A stretch of DNA of 24,000 bases from Culicoidibacter larvae (GCF_005771635.1 NZ_VBWP01000006.1:128470-152469); one strand, 5' to 3'. Counted from the first letter of the stretch, positions 8,512-14,971 are shown. The notes: a model not told the origin generated them from the sequence alone. Program-made: numbers and translations.

Positions 8512-9390
8512 CTATCGGTTCATAAATTTTTGCGGATTAGTAATAAGCATCTTTTCAATAAAGCTCTCACTGATACCACCCTCGCGAATCATTGGCACAA
8601 AGTTATCAAGCAAGAAGGTATACCCTAAACCGCCTAAATATTTCAGATGTGATTTGCGGGTAATATCCAAAGATAAAAACACTTTATCAGTAAATCCTGC
8701 TGCTTCAATAACTTTAAGCATTTCTAATCGGCGGCTATCTGCCATATAATTTTCTTTGCCGATAGTATCAAACTCAACATACACACCTTGTTTCAACATA
8801 TGCATAATATAATCAATATCACCGGTTAAATCAACATGACCGATAACAACCCGATCCAAATCAAAATTATGTTCTTTAAAAAGTGCAACTTGCTCATGAC
8901 CATAAGTCCCAAGCGTCGTATGGGTTGTCAAATTTTTACCAGTCCGGTTAGCTGCAATCATTGCTGCCTGGAACACCTTGTGTTCCTCAGCAGTCATTTC
9001 ATTCTTGCTGCTGCCGATTTCACCGATAATCTCTGCTTTAATACCAGTCCCATCAATACCAATTTCAATTTCATCAATCATAATCTGTGCTAAGGCATCT
9101 ACACCTGAATCAAAGACAACTTGTGGTAAAAATTTATGTTGATAGAAACCAGTAGCGTGAATAATGTTGATGCCTGAAGCCTTCGCTATATCTTCAACAT
9201 ACTTCACATTACGACCCATGCCGATATTTGTCACATCAACAATATTTCTAACGCCTTGTTGATATAATTCTTTATATTCGCCAATTGTTTCCTCAAAACA
9301 GTTTAGGTTACAATCATCTGTACCCTTTAGTCCTGATAAATCAATTGTTGTATGTTCATGCATAAATGTAATTCCATTTACAAGCGGCAT
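8512..9390 (-). CDS. php: Phosphotriesterase-homology protein (amidohydrolase superfamily, PTE family), 292 aa
   Basis: True start is ATG 9390 with RBS AAAGGAG. The track ORF extends to 9657 only by overlapping the upstream gene with an Arg-rich nonsense peptide. Motifs: MPLVNGITFMHEHTTIDLSG (HxH metal motif), AEIIGEIGSS, TTHTT, VIGHVDL, SLDITRKSHL. Same length as E. coli Php. Confidence 0.9.
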   Translation of the reverse strand: MPLVNGITFMHEHTTIDLSGLKGTDDCNLNCFEETIGEYKELYQQGVRNIVDVTNIGMGRNVKYVEDIAKASGINIIHATGFYQHKFLPQVVFDSGVDALAQIMIDEIEIGIDGTGIKAEIIGEIGSSKNEMTAEEHKVFQAAMIAANRTGKNLTTHTTLGTYGHEQVALFKEHNFDLDRVVIGHVDLTGDIDYIMHMLKQGVYVEFDTIGKENYMADSRRLEMLKVIEAAGFTDKVFLSLDITRKSHLKYLGGLGYTFLLDNFVPMIREGGISESFIEKMLITNPQKFMNR

Positions 9391-9403
9391 AAAAACCACT
9401 CCT

Positions 9404-10465
9404 TTATTTAATGTATCCTTGCTGTCTGCTTTGTGCATTTTGGTGGAAATAACGCTGGACAACAGCCGGTATTTCACTCGGAATTGCTCCGGCAACACCC
9501 GCCATCTGCGTAATGACTTCCTGCTCCGAACGACAATATAAAGTAATCCCCGTCGCAATATCCGCCGCCGGCACTGCAATCGCCGTCCCGCCAGCCATAT
9601 TGGCAACCCGTAAAAAACCCTTGCCGCTGCGCTGCTGATTAGCCTTAGTTGCTGCACTGAAACTACCCATTACTGAGTCACCATAACTATGCACATCAAT
9701 TGGCCCCTCAATAAACGCAACCATATCATACTGCGTCATCGCTACTTCTAAAAAGGCAATCGCCGGCGCGCGTTCACTCGCAGCATCAATAAAATCAACT
9801 TCATGCAACACAACCCGAGCAATCCCGCCCAAAGCCTGCCGCAAAACTGCAACAACCTCTAAGCCATTCTCAGTCACTAAATCATAATCCGCCGGTATTG
9901 CTATGTGAATCTCCCGCGATGTTTGGCTTCCTGAGAACCCAAACACATCAAGTGCAGCATCAAGGCTTGCCCAATCACGTGCCATAATACCTGCCGAAGG
10001 TTGAAACTGCAAATTATCAGTTGACTGCTTGACTGCCTCAACAACCGGTAAAAGCGGACTCATAAAAGCAAACAGGTTAAGACTGATTGCCGGTGCTAAA
10101 ACTGAACCACCGCCATCACTGCCAACACCAATATCATTAATACCGGTAAAAACATTGATTGCTGTGCCACTTGACGAACCACTCATATGGCGCCCGGTCA
10201 AAGGATTCAGCCGCTCAACATCAATCGCCCGGCCGTTATCACTGGCAGCATCAACCGTATGCAACAAATACCCGCGCGTTTTCAACTGCTCAACACACGG
10301 CCGCAAAATATCGGTGTTCTTCACACCCATATACGCAGCAAATTCATGCCGCTCAATCCGCTCGCAGCTTTCATCAAAAGCTGCCTGATTCACCGAAACC
10401 ACACTGTGGTATCGGTCGCTCATCGCTGCCATTGTTGCCTTCGCAAAATATTTCAGCTTGTTCAT
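9404..10465 (-). CDS. Compact, divergent amidase-signature (AS) family protein, 353 aa
   Basis: AS core SGSSSGTAINVFTGINDIGVGSDGGGSVLAPA. Candidate Ser-cisSer-Lys triad: K49 (in GVKNTD), S97, S121. ATG 10465 with RBS GCAGGTGA. Typical AS enzymes are ~450-500 aa. The K-to-cisSer spacing here is ~48 aa, against ~75 aa in classical members as I recall. Confidence 0.7.
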   Translation of the reverse strand: MNKLKYFAKATMAAMSDRYHSVVSVNQAAFDESCERIERHEFAAYMGVKNTDILRPCVEQLKTRGYLLHTVDAASDNGRAIDVERLNPLTGRHMSGSSSGTAINVFTGINDIGVGSDGGGSVLAPAISLNLFAFMSPLLPVVEAVKQSTDNLQFQPSAGIMARDWASLDAALDVFGFSGSQTSREIHIAIPADYDLVTENGLEVVAVLRQALGGIARVVLHEVDFIDAASERAPAIAFLEVAMTQYDMVAFIEGPIDVHSYGDSVMGSFSAATKANQQRSGKGFLRVANMAGGTAIAVPAADIATGITLYCRSEQEVITQMAGVAGAIPSEIPAVVQRYFHQNAQSRQQGYIK

Positions 10466-10496
10466 TCGCTATTCACCTGCACTTTTTAAAAAGAAA

Positions 10497-10524
10497 GGTG
10501 CTAAGAGTCTTGTCGCCTAGCACC
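10497..10524 (-). terminator. Terminator-like hairpin inside the operon, between yhfT and the amidase gene
   Basis: GGTGCTA (10497-10503) / TAGCACC (10518-10524), 14-nt loop. On the minus strand TTTCTTTTT follows. Confidence 0.4.
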
Positions 10525-10532
10525 GATTTTTA

Positions 10533-11855
10533 TTATCCACCAAAAATCATTAATATACCTTGCTCTACTAAGTATACAAGATTGATAATAATTCCTAAAC
10601 TAATTGCTGCAATCGGTCCAACCGCTAAATCAACAACTGGTTTTTTCATTGTACGATTCAATAAATATAATCCGGCAACCCAGAAGAATCCAACACCTGG
10701 CACAATTGCTTCTGCGGCTAATGCCCCACCAATAAGCAATGCAACTTCCAACACTTTATTCATCGCAGTACGGATATGTTCACCCATTTCACGAATTCCC
10801 GGGAAGCGGTCTAACCCTTTAGCCACACCGTTCAATAACATGATTTCAACGAACATAATAATGAATCCAACAATAAACGCCACAATTGGATTTCCTTGTA
10901 AAAGAATCCCAGCTACGAATACAAATGTAGTTCCTGCCGGGCTATATACACCGGTAACAATAGCTGTTGAGAACACTAACGGAATAAATCCGATACCGCG
11001 CGCTCCGGCTGCTAATGCTGCCTCAGTAAAGTTTCCTTGACTCATTAAGTTTAATGAAATTGGATCCCCGGCCATTAACGCCATACTTGTTGCCGCACTT
11101 ACTAATCCACCGATTACCGCTAAAATAATCCAGTTTGCTTTAATGCGTTTTACCCGTTCCAAGAAAATACTGACTAATTGCTGATTGGCATTACCATCAC
11201 CTTTAATTGAAATTGCAAATCCGATTAAGAATCCCATACCAACAAGTAATGACATTCCTTCAACACTCAACTTAATGTTAGTACCATTAATTTGTAAAAC
11301 TTGCAACATGTTGATCCAGTTTACCAAGAACATTGATGCAGCTGTTGCCAAAAATGTAATTGCACCCTTTTTAAACCCATGTTGATAAGCAACTGCAATT
11401 GCCGGGAATACCGCAAAAGCAACAACAATCGGACTACCAACTTTTGCTAACGCATCAAGGAAGTTAATCGGTAGCAATGCAAAAGCATCAATGACTAACT
11501 GTAATCCTAAAGTCAATAATACCCCATAAACAGCCCCAACTGCTCCGGCAATGATAATCCCTTTTTTACCGGATGGTGACCAAGTACCGATGATATCAGT
11601 AGCTAAAAGCACACTATGCACCAATAAAATTGACGCCCCAATCGAAACCGGAATACCAAACCCGATAACTAAACCAAAACTTAATGCAAAACTCGTTGCC
11701 GCAAGCTCTTTACGACCAATTTTGCCATCGAGAAATTCCGGCATAACCGGACGTAACCCATCATTAAATACAGCAATCCCGCGATTAGCTAAAATCGCTG
11801 CCAAGGCCCCAACTGCCCCCACTACAAGCAGCTCAACAATTTTCATGAATTCCAT
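10533..11855 (-). CDS. yhfT: YhfT-like polytopic inner-membrane protein (putative transporter), 440 aa
   Basis: Begins MEFMKIVELLVVGAVGALAAILANRGIAVFNDGLRPVMPEFLDGKIGRKELAATSFALSFGLVIGFGIPVSIG... Hydrophobic Gly/Ala/Ile-rich segments run throughout (about 11-12 TM by eye). RBS AGGAGG 8 nt upstream. Size and neighbourhood match E. coli YhfT. Confidence 0.8.
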   Translation of the reverse strand: MEFMKIVELLVVGAVGALAAILANRGIAVFNDGLRPVMPEFLDGKIGRKELAATSFALSFGLVIGFGIPVSIGASILLVHSVLLATDIIGTWSPSGKKGIIIAGAVGAVYGVLLTLGLQLVIDAFALLPINFLDALAKVGSPIVVAFAVFPAIAVAYQHGFKKGAITFLATAASMFLVNWINMLQVLQINGTNIKLSVEGMSLLVGMGFLIGFAISIKGDGNANQQLVSIFLERVKRIKANWIILAVIGGLVSAATSMALMAGDPISLNLMSQGNFTEAALAAGARGIGFIPLVFSTAIVTGVYSPAGTTFVFVAGILLQGNPIVAFIVGFIIMFVEIMLLNGVAKGLDRFPGIREMGEHIRTAMNKVLEVALLIGGALAAEAIVPGVGFFWVAGLYLLNRTMKKPVVDLAVGPIAAISLGIIINLVYLVEQGILMIFGG

Positions 11856-11941
11856 ATAAATTTCCTCCTGAGTATTTCAATACTATTTTTTTGTGATGAA
11901 ATAATCTGTTTTCTCCTGATGTCCTACCCTTAAAATCTTGA

Positions 11942-11977
11942 GTGAATGAGTGCGAGTCAAGCTCACCCTCATTACAC
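11942..11977 (-). other. Imperfect stem-loop immediately after the yhfU stop codon, in the 125-nt yhfU-yhfT gap
   Basis: GTGAATGAG (11942-11950) pairs with CTCATT-A-CAC (11968-11977), with one bulge. Partial inner pairing. On the minus strand a short U4 lies downstream. Confidence 0.3.
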
Positions 11978-11980
11978 TAA

Positions 11981-12346
11981 TTATTTGAGTTTCAACAATT
12001 CGTCCATAACAATCGGAACTATTTTCTCTTTATCTTGTGCTGTGAAACCAAAAGCGATTTTTCCTGAACGCACTTGCTCACGAATTTCTTCTTCTGACAT
12101 CATACTGCTTGGCATTGATAATGTAACACATTTATCATGTCCCAATAATGCCAGCGCCATTGCTAACGCACCGCCGCCGCCAGTATTACAAGCACCGATA
12201 TAGTAATCAGCCTGACCTGCCTGCATAGCCATTGCAGCATCAAGGTCACCTTTTACTTCAATACTTACCTGTCCGTTTCCGTACTTTTCAACAAGCGCTG
12301 CAATTTCAGCCTTGTCAATCTGTCCGCCAACCATAATTCTTAACAT
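11981..12346 (-). CDS. yhfU: YhfU-like DUF2620 protein, 121 aa
   Basis: True start is ATG 12346 with RBS AAGGAG. The track's upstream extension to 12427 covers the leader palindrome. Sequence: MLRIMVGGQIDKAEIAALVEKYGNGQVSIEVKGDLDAAMAMQAGQADYYIGACNTGGGGALAMALALLG... with a single conserved-looking Cys53 in a glycine-rich loop. Confidence 0.8.
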   Translation of the reverse strand: MLRIMVGGQIDKAEIAALVEKYGNGQVSIEVKGDLDAAMAMQAGQADYYIGACNTGGGGALAMALALLGHDKCVTLSMPSSMMSEEEIREQVRSGKIAFGFTAQDKEKIVPIVMDELLKLK

Positions 12347-12364
12347 CGTTTTCACTCCTTTATT

Positions 12365-12388
12365 CAATATACAATATTTTGTATATTG
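12365..12388. promoter_or_regulatory. Perfect 24-bp palindrome in the yhfU leader: candidate operator (YhfZ/GntR-type site?)
   Basis: CAATATACAA-TATT-TTGTATATTG: 10-bp perfect arms with a 4-bp centre. It lies between the predicted transcription start and the yhfU RBS. Confidence 0.5.
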
Positions 12389-12400
12389 TGATATAAAACC

Positions 12401-12420
12401 AAACCATTGCAGCATGGTTT
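12401..12420 (-). other. Small leader hairpin followed by a U-rich stretch (weak attenuator candidate)
   Basis: AAACCAT (12401-12407) / ATGGTTT (12414-12420), 6-nt loop. The minus-strand RNA continues GGUUUUAUAU. Confidence 0.25.
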
Positions 12421-12422
12421 CT

Positions 12423-12433
12423 TTCAATATACA
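12423..12433. promoter_or_regulatory. Third copy of the operator half-site
   Basis: TTCAATATACA at 12423-12433 repeats TTCAATATACA at 12363-12373 exactly, 60 bp away. Confidence 0.35.
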
Positions 12434-12459
12434 TTTTTTTGGCTATTGATTATACTGCT

Positions 12460-12488
12460 ATTATAAGTTATAAAATTTTTAAATGCAA
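12460..12488 (-). promoter_or_regulatory. Candidate sigma-A promoter of the yhfU-yhfT-amidase-php-yhfS unit
   Basis: Minus strand reads TTGCAT (12483-12488), 17-nt spacer, TATAAT (12460-12465). A second TATAAT lies at 12449-12454. The predicted leader is ~105 nt. Confidence 0.55.
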
Positions 12489-12497
12489 GCACTTTCA
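12484..12497 (-). promoter_or_regulatory. cre-like (CcpA catabolite-responsive element) sequence overlapping the -35 box
   Basis: Minus strand tTGAAAGTGCTTGCAt matches WTGNAANCGNWNNCW at 14 of 15 positions. The single mismatch is the central C (T here). Confidence 0.3.
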
Positions 12498-12551
12498 AAA
12501 TAAAAACCAGAAAGTACCTGTCTATATGGAATTCATCACAATTGTTTTTAC

Positions 12552-13010
12552 TTACTTCACTTGGCCTGCTGCCAACATTACTATTGTCTGTTCAATTCGA
12601 CTTTCACGGGTTTCCGCCTTCTTGGCACTGGTAATCCACTCAACGTATTTTCGCTGATTAGTGTATGATAAACTTTGAAAAAATTGCTTTGCTGCCTGAT
12701 TGTCAGCAAACCGCTCTGCCAAGTCAGTCGGTACCTCAACCTCACGCACTGCTAAATCTTCTTTTAATTCAACCGTGACTTGATCACCAATACCCTTACC
12801 TAACGCTTTTAAGATGTCTTTACGAATACCTAAAATATGGCATGGTGTTTGCATACGCACTAATGAACCGCGATAAATGACCTGTCCATCAAAACGAGCT
12901 TCAACTTTTACCCGGCCTTTCCCAAACTCTTCTTGTACGTCATAAGGAAACTCAACATATGCACCCGGTCCGGTTGTGGCAATAATGGCATCAAATTTGT
13001 ATTTATACAT
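12552..13010 (-). CDS. DUF1905 + YdeI/OmpD-associated family protein, 152 aa
   Basis: ATG 13010 with RBS GGGAGGTGA 8 nt upstream (the track start, GTG 13022, sits inside the RBS). N-terminal YKFDAIIATTGPGAYVEFPYDVQEEFGKGRVKV is DUF1905-like. C-terminal FFQSLSYTNQRKYVEWITSAKKAETRESRI is YdeI-like. Confidence 0.7.
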   Translation of the reverse strand: MYKYKFDAIIATTGPGAYVEFPYDVQEEFGKGRVKVEARFDGQVIYRGSLVRMQTPCHILGIRKDILKALGKGIGDQVTVELKEDLAVREVEVPTDLAERFADNQAAKQFFQSLSYTNQRKYVEWITSAKKAETRESRIEQTIVMLAAGQVK

Positions 13011-13041
13011 TAATATACTCACCTCCCATAAATTATATAAA

Positions 13042-13066
13042 AGAGACTTGCTGCAAGCAAGCCTCT
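13042..13066 (-). terminator. Rho-independent terminator after the EIIC / small-membrane-protein pair
   Basis: AGAGACTTGCT / AGCAAGCCTCT form an 11-bp stem (one A-C mismatch) with a 3-nt loop. On the minus strand TTTTATATAATTT follows. Confidence 0.6.
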
Positions 13067-13128
13067 TTTATTTTCCAGGAGTGTATATTTGTAAGTCACA
13101 CTCGTTATATTGCTATATTACGGAAGTA

Positions 13129-13422
13129 TTATTTTTTCATCATTTCGCTTGCTTTTTTATTCAAACTGGCAACTTTAGCAAATGTTAAATGCGCAACTAC
13201 GCCAACATAGAAACAAACAAACGGTACCATGATACCAATCCCCAGCCAATCCGGGAACAAACTTGCTACTAAAAAGATAACTGCCATACAAAGCAGACCG
13301 CCAACCGGGATTACGATCCAGCGACTTAGCACGTTGCCTACCCGTTCAACATATTTTTTTGCCAATATATTTGTGCCAATAAATACTAGCGCACAATATC
13401 CTAAGAAAATATATACTTCCAT
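13129..13422 (-). CDS. Small hydrophobic membrane protein of unknown function, 97 aa (about 3 TM)
   Basis: ATG 13422 (RBS TGGAG, 9-nt spacer), 18 nt after the EIIC stop codon. Sequence: MEVYIFLGYCALVFIGTNILAKK...WIVIPVGGLLCMAVIFLVASLF...GIMVPFVCFYVGVVAHL. No motif recognised. Confidence 0.55.
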   Translation of the reverse strand: MEVYIFLGYCALVFIGTNILAKKYVERVGNVLSRWIVIPVGGLLCMAVIFLVASLFPDWLGIGIMVPFVCFYVGVVAHLTFAKVASLNKKASEMMKK

Positions 13423-13440
13423 AATTTTCAACTCCAATTT

Positions 13441-14820
13441 TTATTCAGCACTTGCAAGTGCTTCAGCATTTTCAGCTGCGATTGCTTCCTCTTCTTGTTT
13501 AGCCATTTTATCATCATAAGCTTTGAAGAATGGGAAATACACAACTAATGAAATAACAATACCTACCAGACAAAGCACGAATGCTCGCCAGTCCCAGTTG
13601 GTTGCCATCCAGGCACCCAGTGGTCCAGGCAATGTCCATGGTGCCCGGAATACCATTCCGTTTACCAAGTTCAAGTATTGAGCAATACCTGCTACAACAG
13701 TCATAACCATTGGCGCAAGAACGAATGGGATAATTAATACCGGGTTCATAACAATCGGTAAACCGAAGATTAACGGTTCGTTGATGTTAAAGATTGACGG
13801 TACAATACTGATACGTCCCATTTGTTTCAGGTACTTAGAACGAGCGAACAATAATAAAATCGCTAACCCGATTGTTGCCCCACTACCACCAATCCATACA
13901 AACCATTGTAAGAATTGCTCAGGGAACATATGAGGCAACGCAGATAAAGCTGCATTTCCGCCATTCATTGCGAATGCATCAGCATTGGCATTAATTGCTT
14001 GCTCCCAGAAAGGACGTACAATTGTACCAACTAAAGATACACCGTGTAAACCAACACTCCAGAAGATAGTAACTAAGAATACAATCAGGAGTACCCCGAA
14101 GATATTATCACCAACTAAGAAGCTTGATAATGGCGAAAGTGCCCAAGTGATTACCGCATTTAAGTCAAAGCCAAATACGAAACGAACTACCCAAACCAAG
14201 ATAATAACAAATCCGATTGAGAATAAAGATTCGAAAGAAGCCGAGATTGCCGGTGGTACACCTTCTGGCATGCGGATAGTGATATTGTATTTTTTAAACA
14301 AACGTACAATTTCAACTGCAATCAATGAATACACAATTGCCCCAAACAAACTTGAAGACCCAAGTGCTGCTACCGACAAATATTGTCCGGCAGCAATTGG
14401 TTCAAGTCCAGCATTAGTCATTGCAGTTACCATATCAGCATTTACTGTTACCGGAATCAATGAGAATAAGAATGCAACTGTTGCTGCAATCCCTGACATT
14501 GTTGGATCCATTTTATAAGAAGACCCAAGTGCTACCCCGATACCAAACGCAGTATACAAAGCCATCAACCCAACTGTTAAACGGAATGCAAGCAAGATGT
14601 ATGTTGATAAGTTTGGATTAATACTTGCAATCACAGCTTTCCAGTCAATACCAAGTGGTTCTAATGGTAGATTTAAGAAAATCAAGAAGAAAGAACCAAC
14701 GATAACAATTGGAATTGTTGCAACAATCCCGTTACGAATCGCTCGCAAATGTCTTTGCTCTGCAAGTTTAGACATTGGCGGCATGAATTTTGTTTCTAAA
14801 AAATTCAGAAAAGCGTTCAT
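13441..14820 (-). CDS. PTS lactose/cellobiose-family EIIC permease, 459 aa
   Basis: ATG 14820 with RBS AAGGAGG 8 nt upstream. MNAFLNFLETKFMPPMSKLAEQRHLRAIRNGIVATIPIVIVGSFFLIFLNLP is the typical CelB/ChbC/LicC N-terminus. The protein is polytopic, with an acidic C-terminal tail. Confidence 0.85.
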   Translation of the reverse strand: MNAFLNFLETKFMPPMSKLAEQRHLRAIRNGIVATIPIVIVGSFFLIFLNLPLEPLGIDWKAVIASINPNLSTYILLAFRLTVGLMALYTAFGIGVALGSSYKMDPTMSGIAATVAFLFSLIPVTVNADMVTAMTNAGLEPIAAGQYLSVAALGSSSLFGAIVYSLIAVEIVRLFKKYNITIRMPEGVPPAISASFESLFSIGFVIILVWVVRFVFGFDLNAVITWALSPLSSFLVGDNIFGVLLIVFLVTIFWSVGLHGVSLVGTIVRPFWEQAINANADAFAMNGGNAALSALPHMFPEQFLQWFVWIGGSGATIGLAILLLFARSKYLKQMGRISIVPSIFNINEPLIFGLPIVMNPVLIIPFVLAPMVMTVVAGIAQYLNLVNGMVFRAPWTLPGPLGAWMATNWDWRAFVLCLVGIVISLVVYFPFFKAYDDKMAKQEEEAIAAENAEALASAE

Positions 14821-14845
14821 ATATTTTACCTCCTTATAGTTACGC

Positions 14846-14859
14846 ATATAGCGCTTACA
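14846..14859 (-). promoter_or_regulatory. cre-like site upstream of the EIIC gene
   Basis: Minus strand tTGTAAGCGCTATAT matches WTGNAANCGNWNNCW at 14 of 15 positions, with the central CG intact. It lies 26 nt upstream of the ATG. Confidence 0.4.
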
Positions 14860-14937
14860 ATTGAAGCTTACCGCTTTTTAGAAAATATTTCAACAAATCC
14901 AGCAATTATGAAATGTATTTTCAATTATTGGAAAGTC

Positions 14938-14971
14938 AAACCCCGATGCCGGTAAAGCGGCATCGGGGTTT
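14938..14971 (-). terminator. Bidirectional-looking Rho-independent terminator closing the tre operon / LPVTG remnant
   Basis: CCCCGATGCCG (14941-14951) / CGGCATCGGGG (14958-14968), 11-bp GC-rich stem, 6-nt loop, flanked by AAA and TTT. Confidence 0.7.

Noticed and set aside
9391-9657. N-terminal extension of the php ORF (track start 9657)
   Set aside because: The extension overlaps the 3' end of the amidase gene and encodes an Arg/Leu-rich nonsense peptide. ATG 9390 has an AAAGGAG RBS and gives exactly the 292-aa Php length, beginning just before the HxH motif.
10159-11040. 293-aa plus-strand ORF (and 10029-10388, 10187-10489)
   Set aside because: It is antisense to the amidase and yhfT genes and crosses their intergenic gap. 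Its composition is low-complexity P/S/T/I-rich, and it has no RBS or recognisable motif. It is a shadow ORF.
12347-12427. N-terminal extension of the yhfU ORF (track start 12427)
   Set aside because: The extension runs through the leader palindrome and hairpin. ATG 12346 has an AAGGAG RBS and gives the DUF2620-typical ~120 aa.
13011-13060. Promoter for the DUF1905/YdeI gene embedded in the upstream terminator (TTGCTT, 17-nt spacer, TATAAT)
   Set aside because: The spacing fits, but the -35 box lies inside the terminator stem and the -10 box is only ~20 nt from the ATG. This is too speculative to list as a feature.
13985-14518. 177-aa plus-strand ORF
   Set aside because: It lies entirely antisense within the well-supported EIIC gene, with no RBS and shadow-frame composition.
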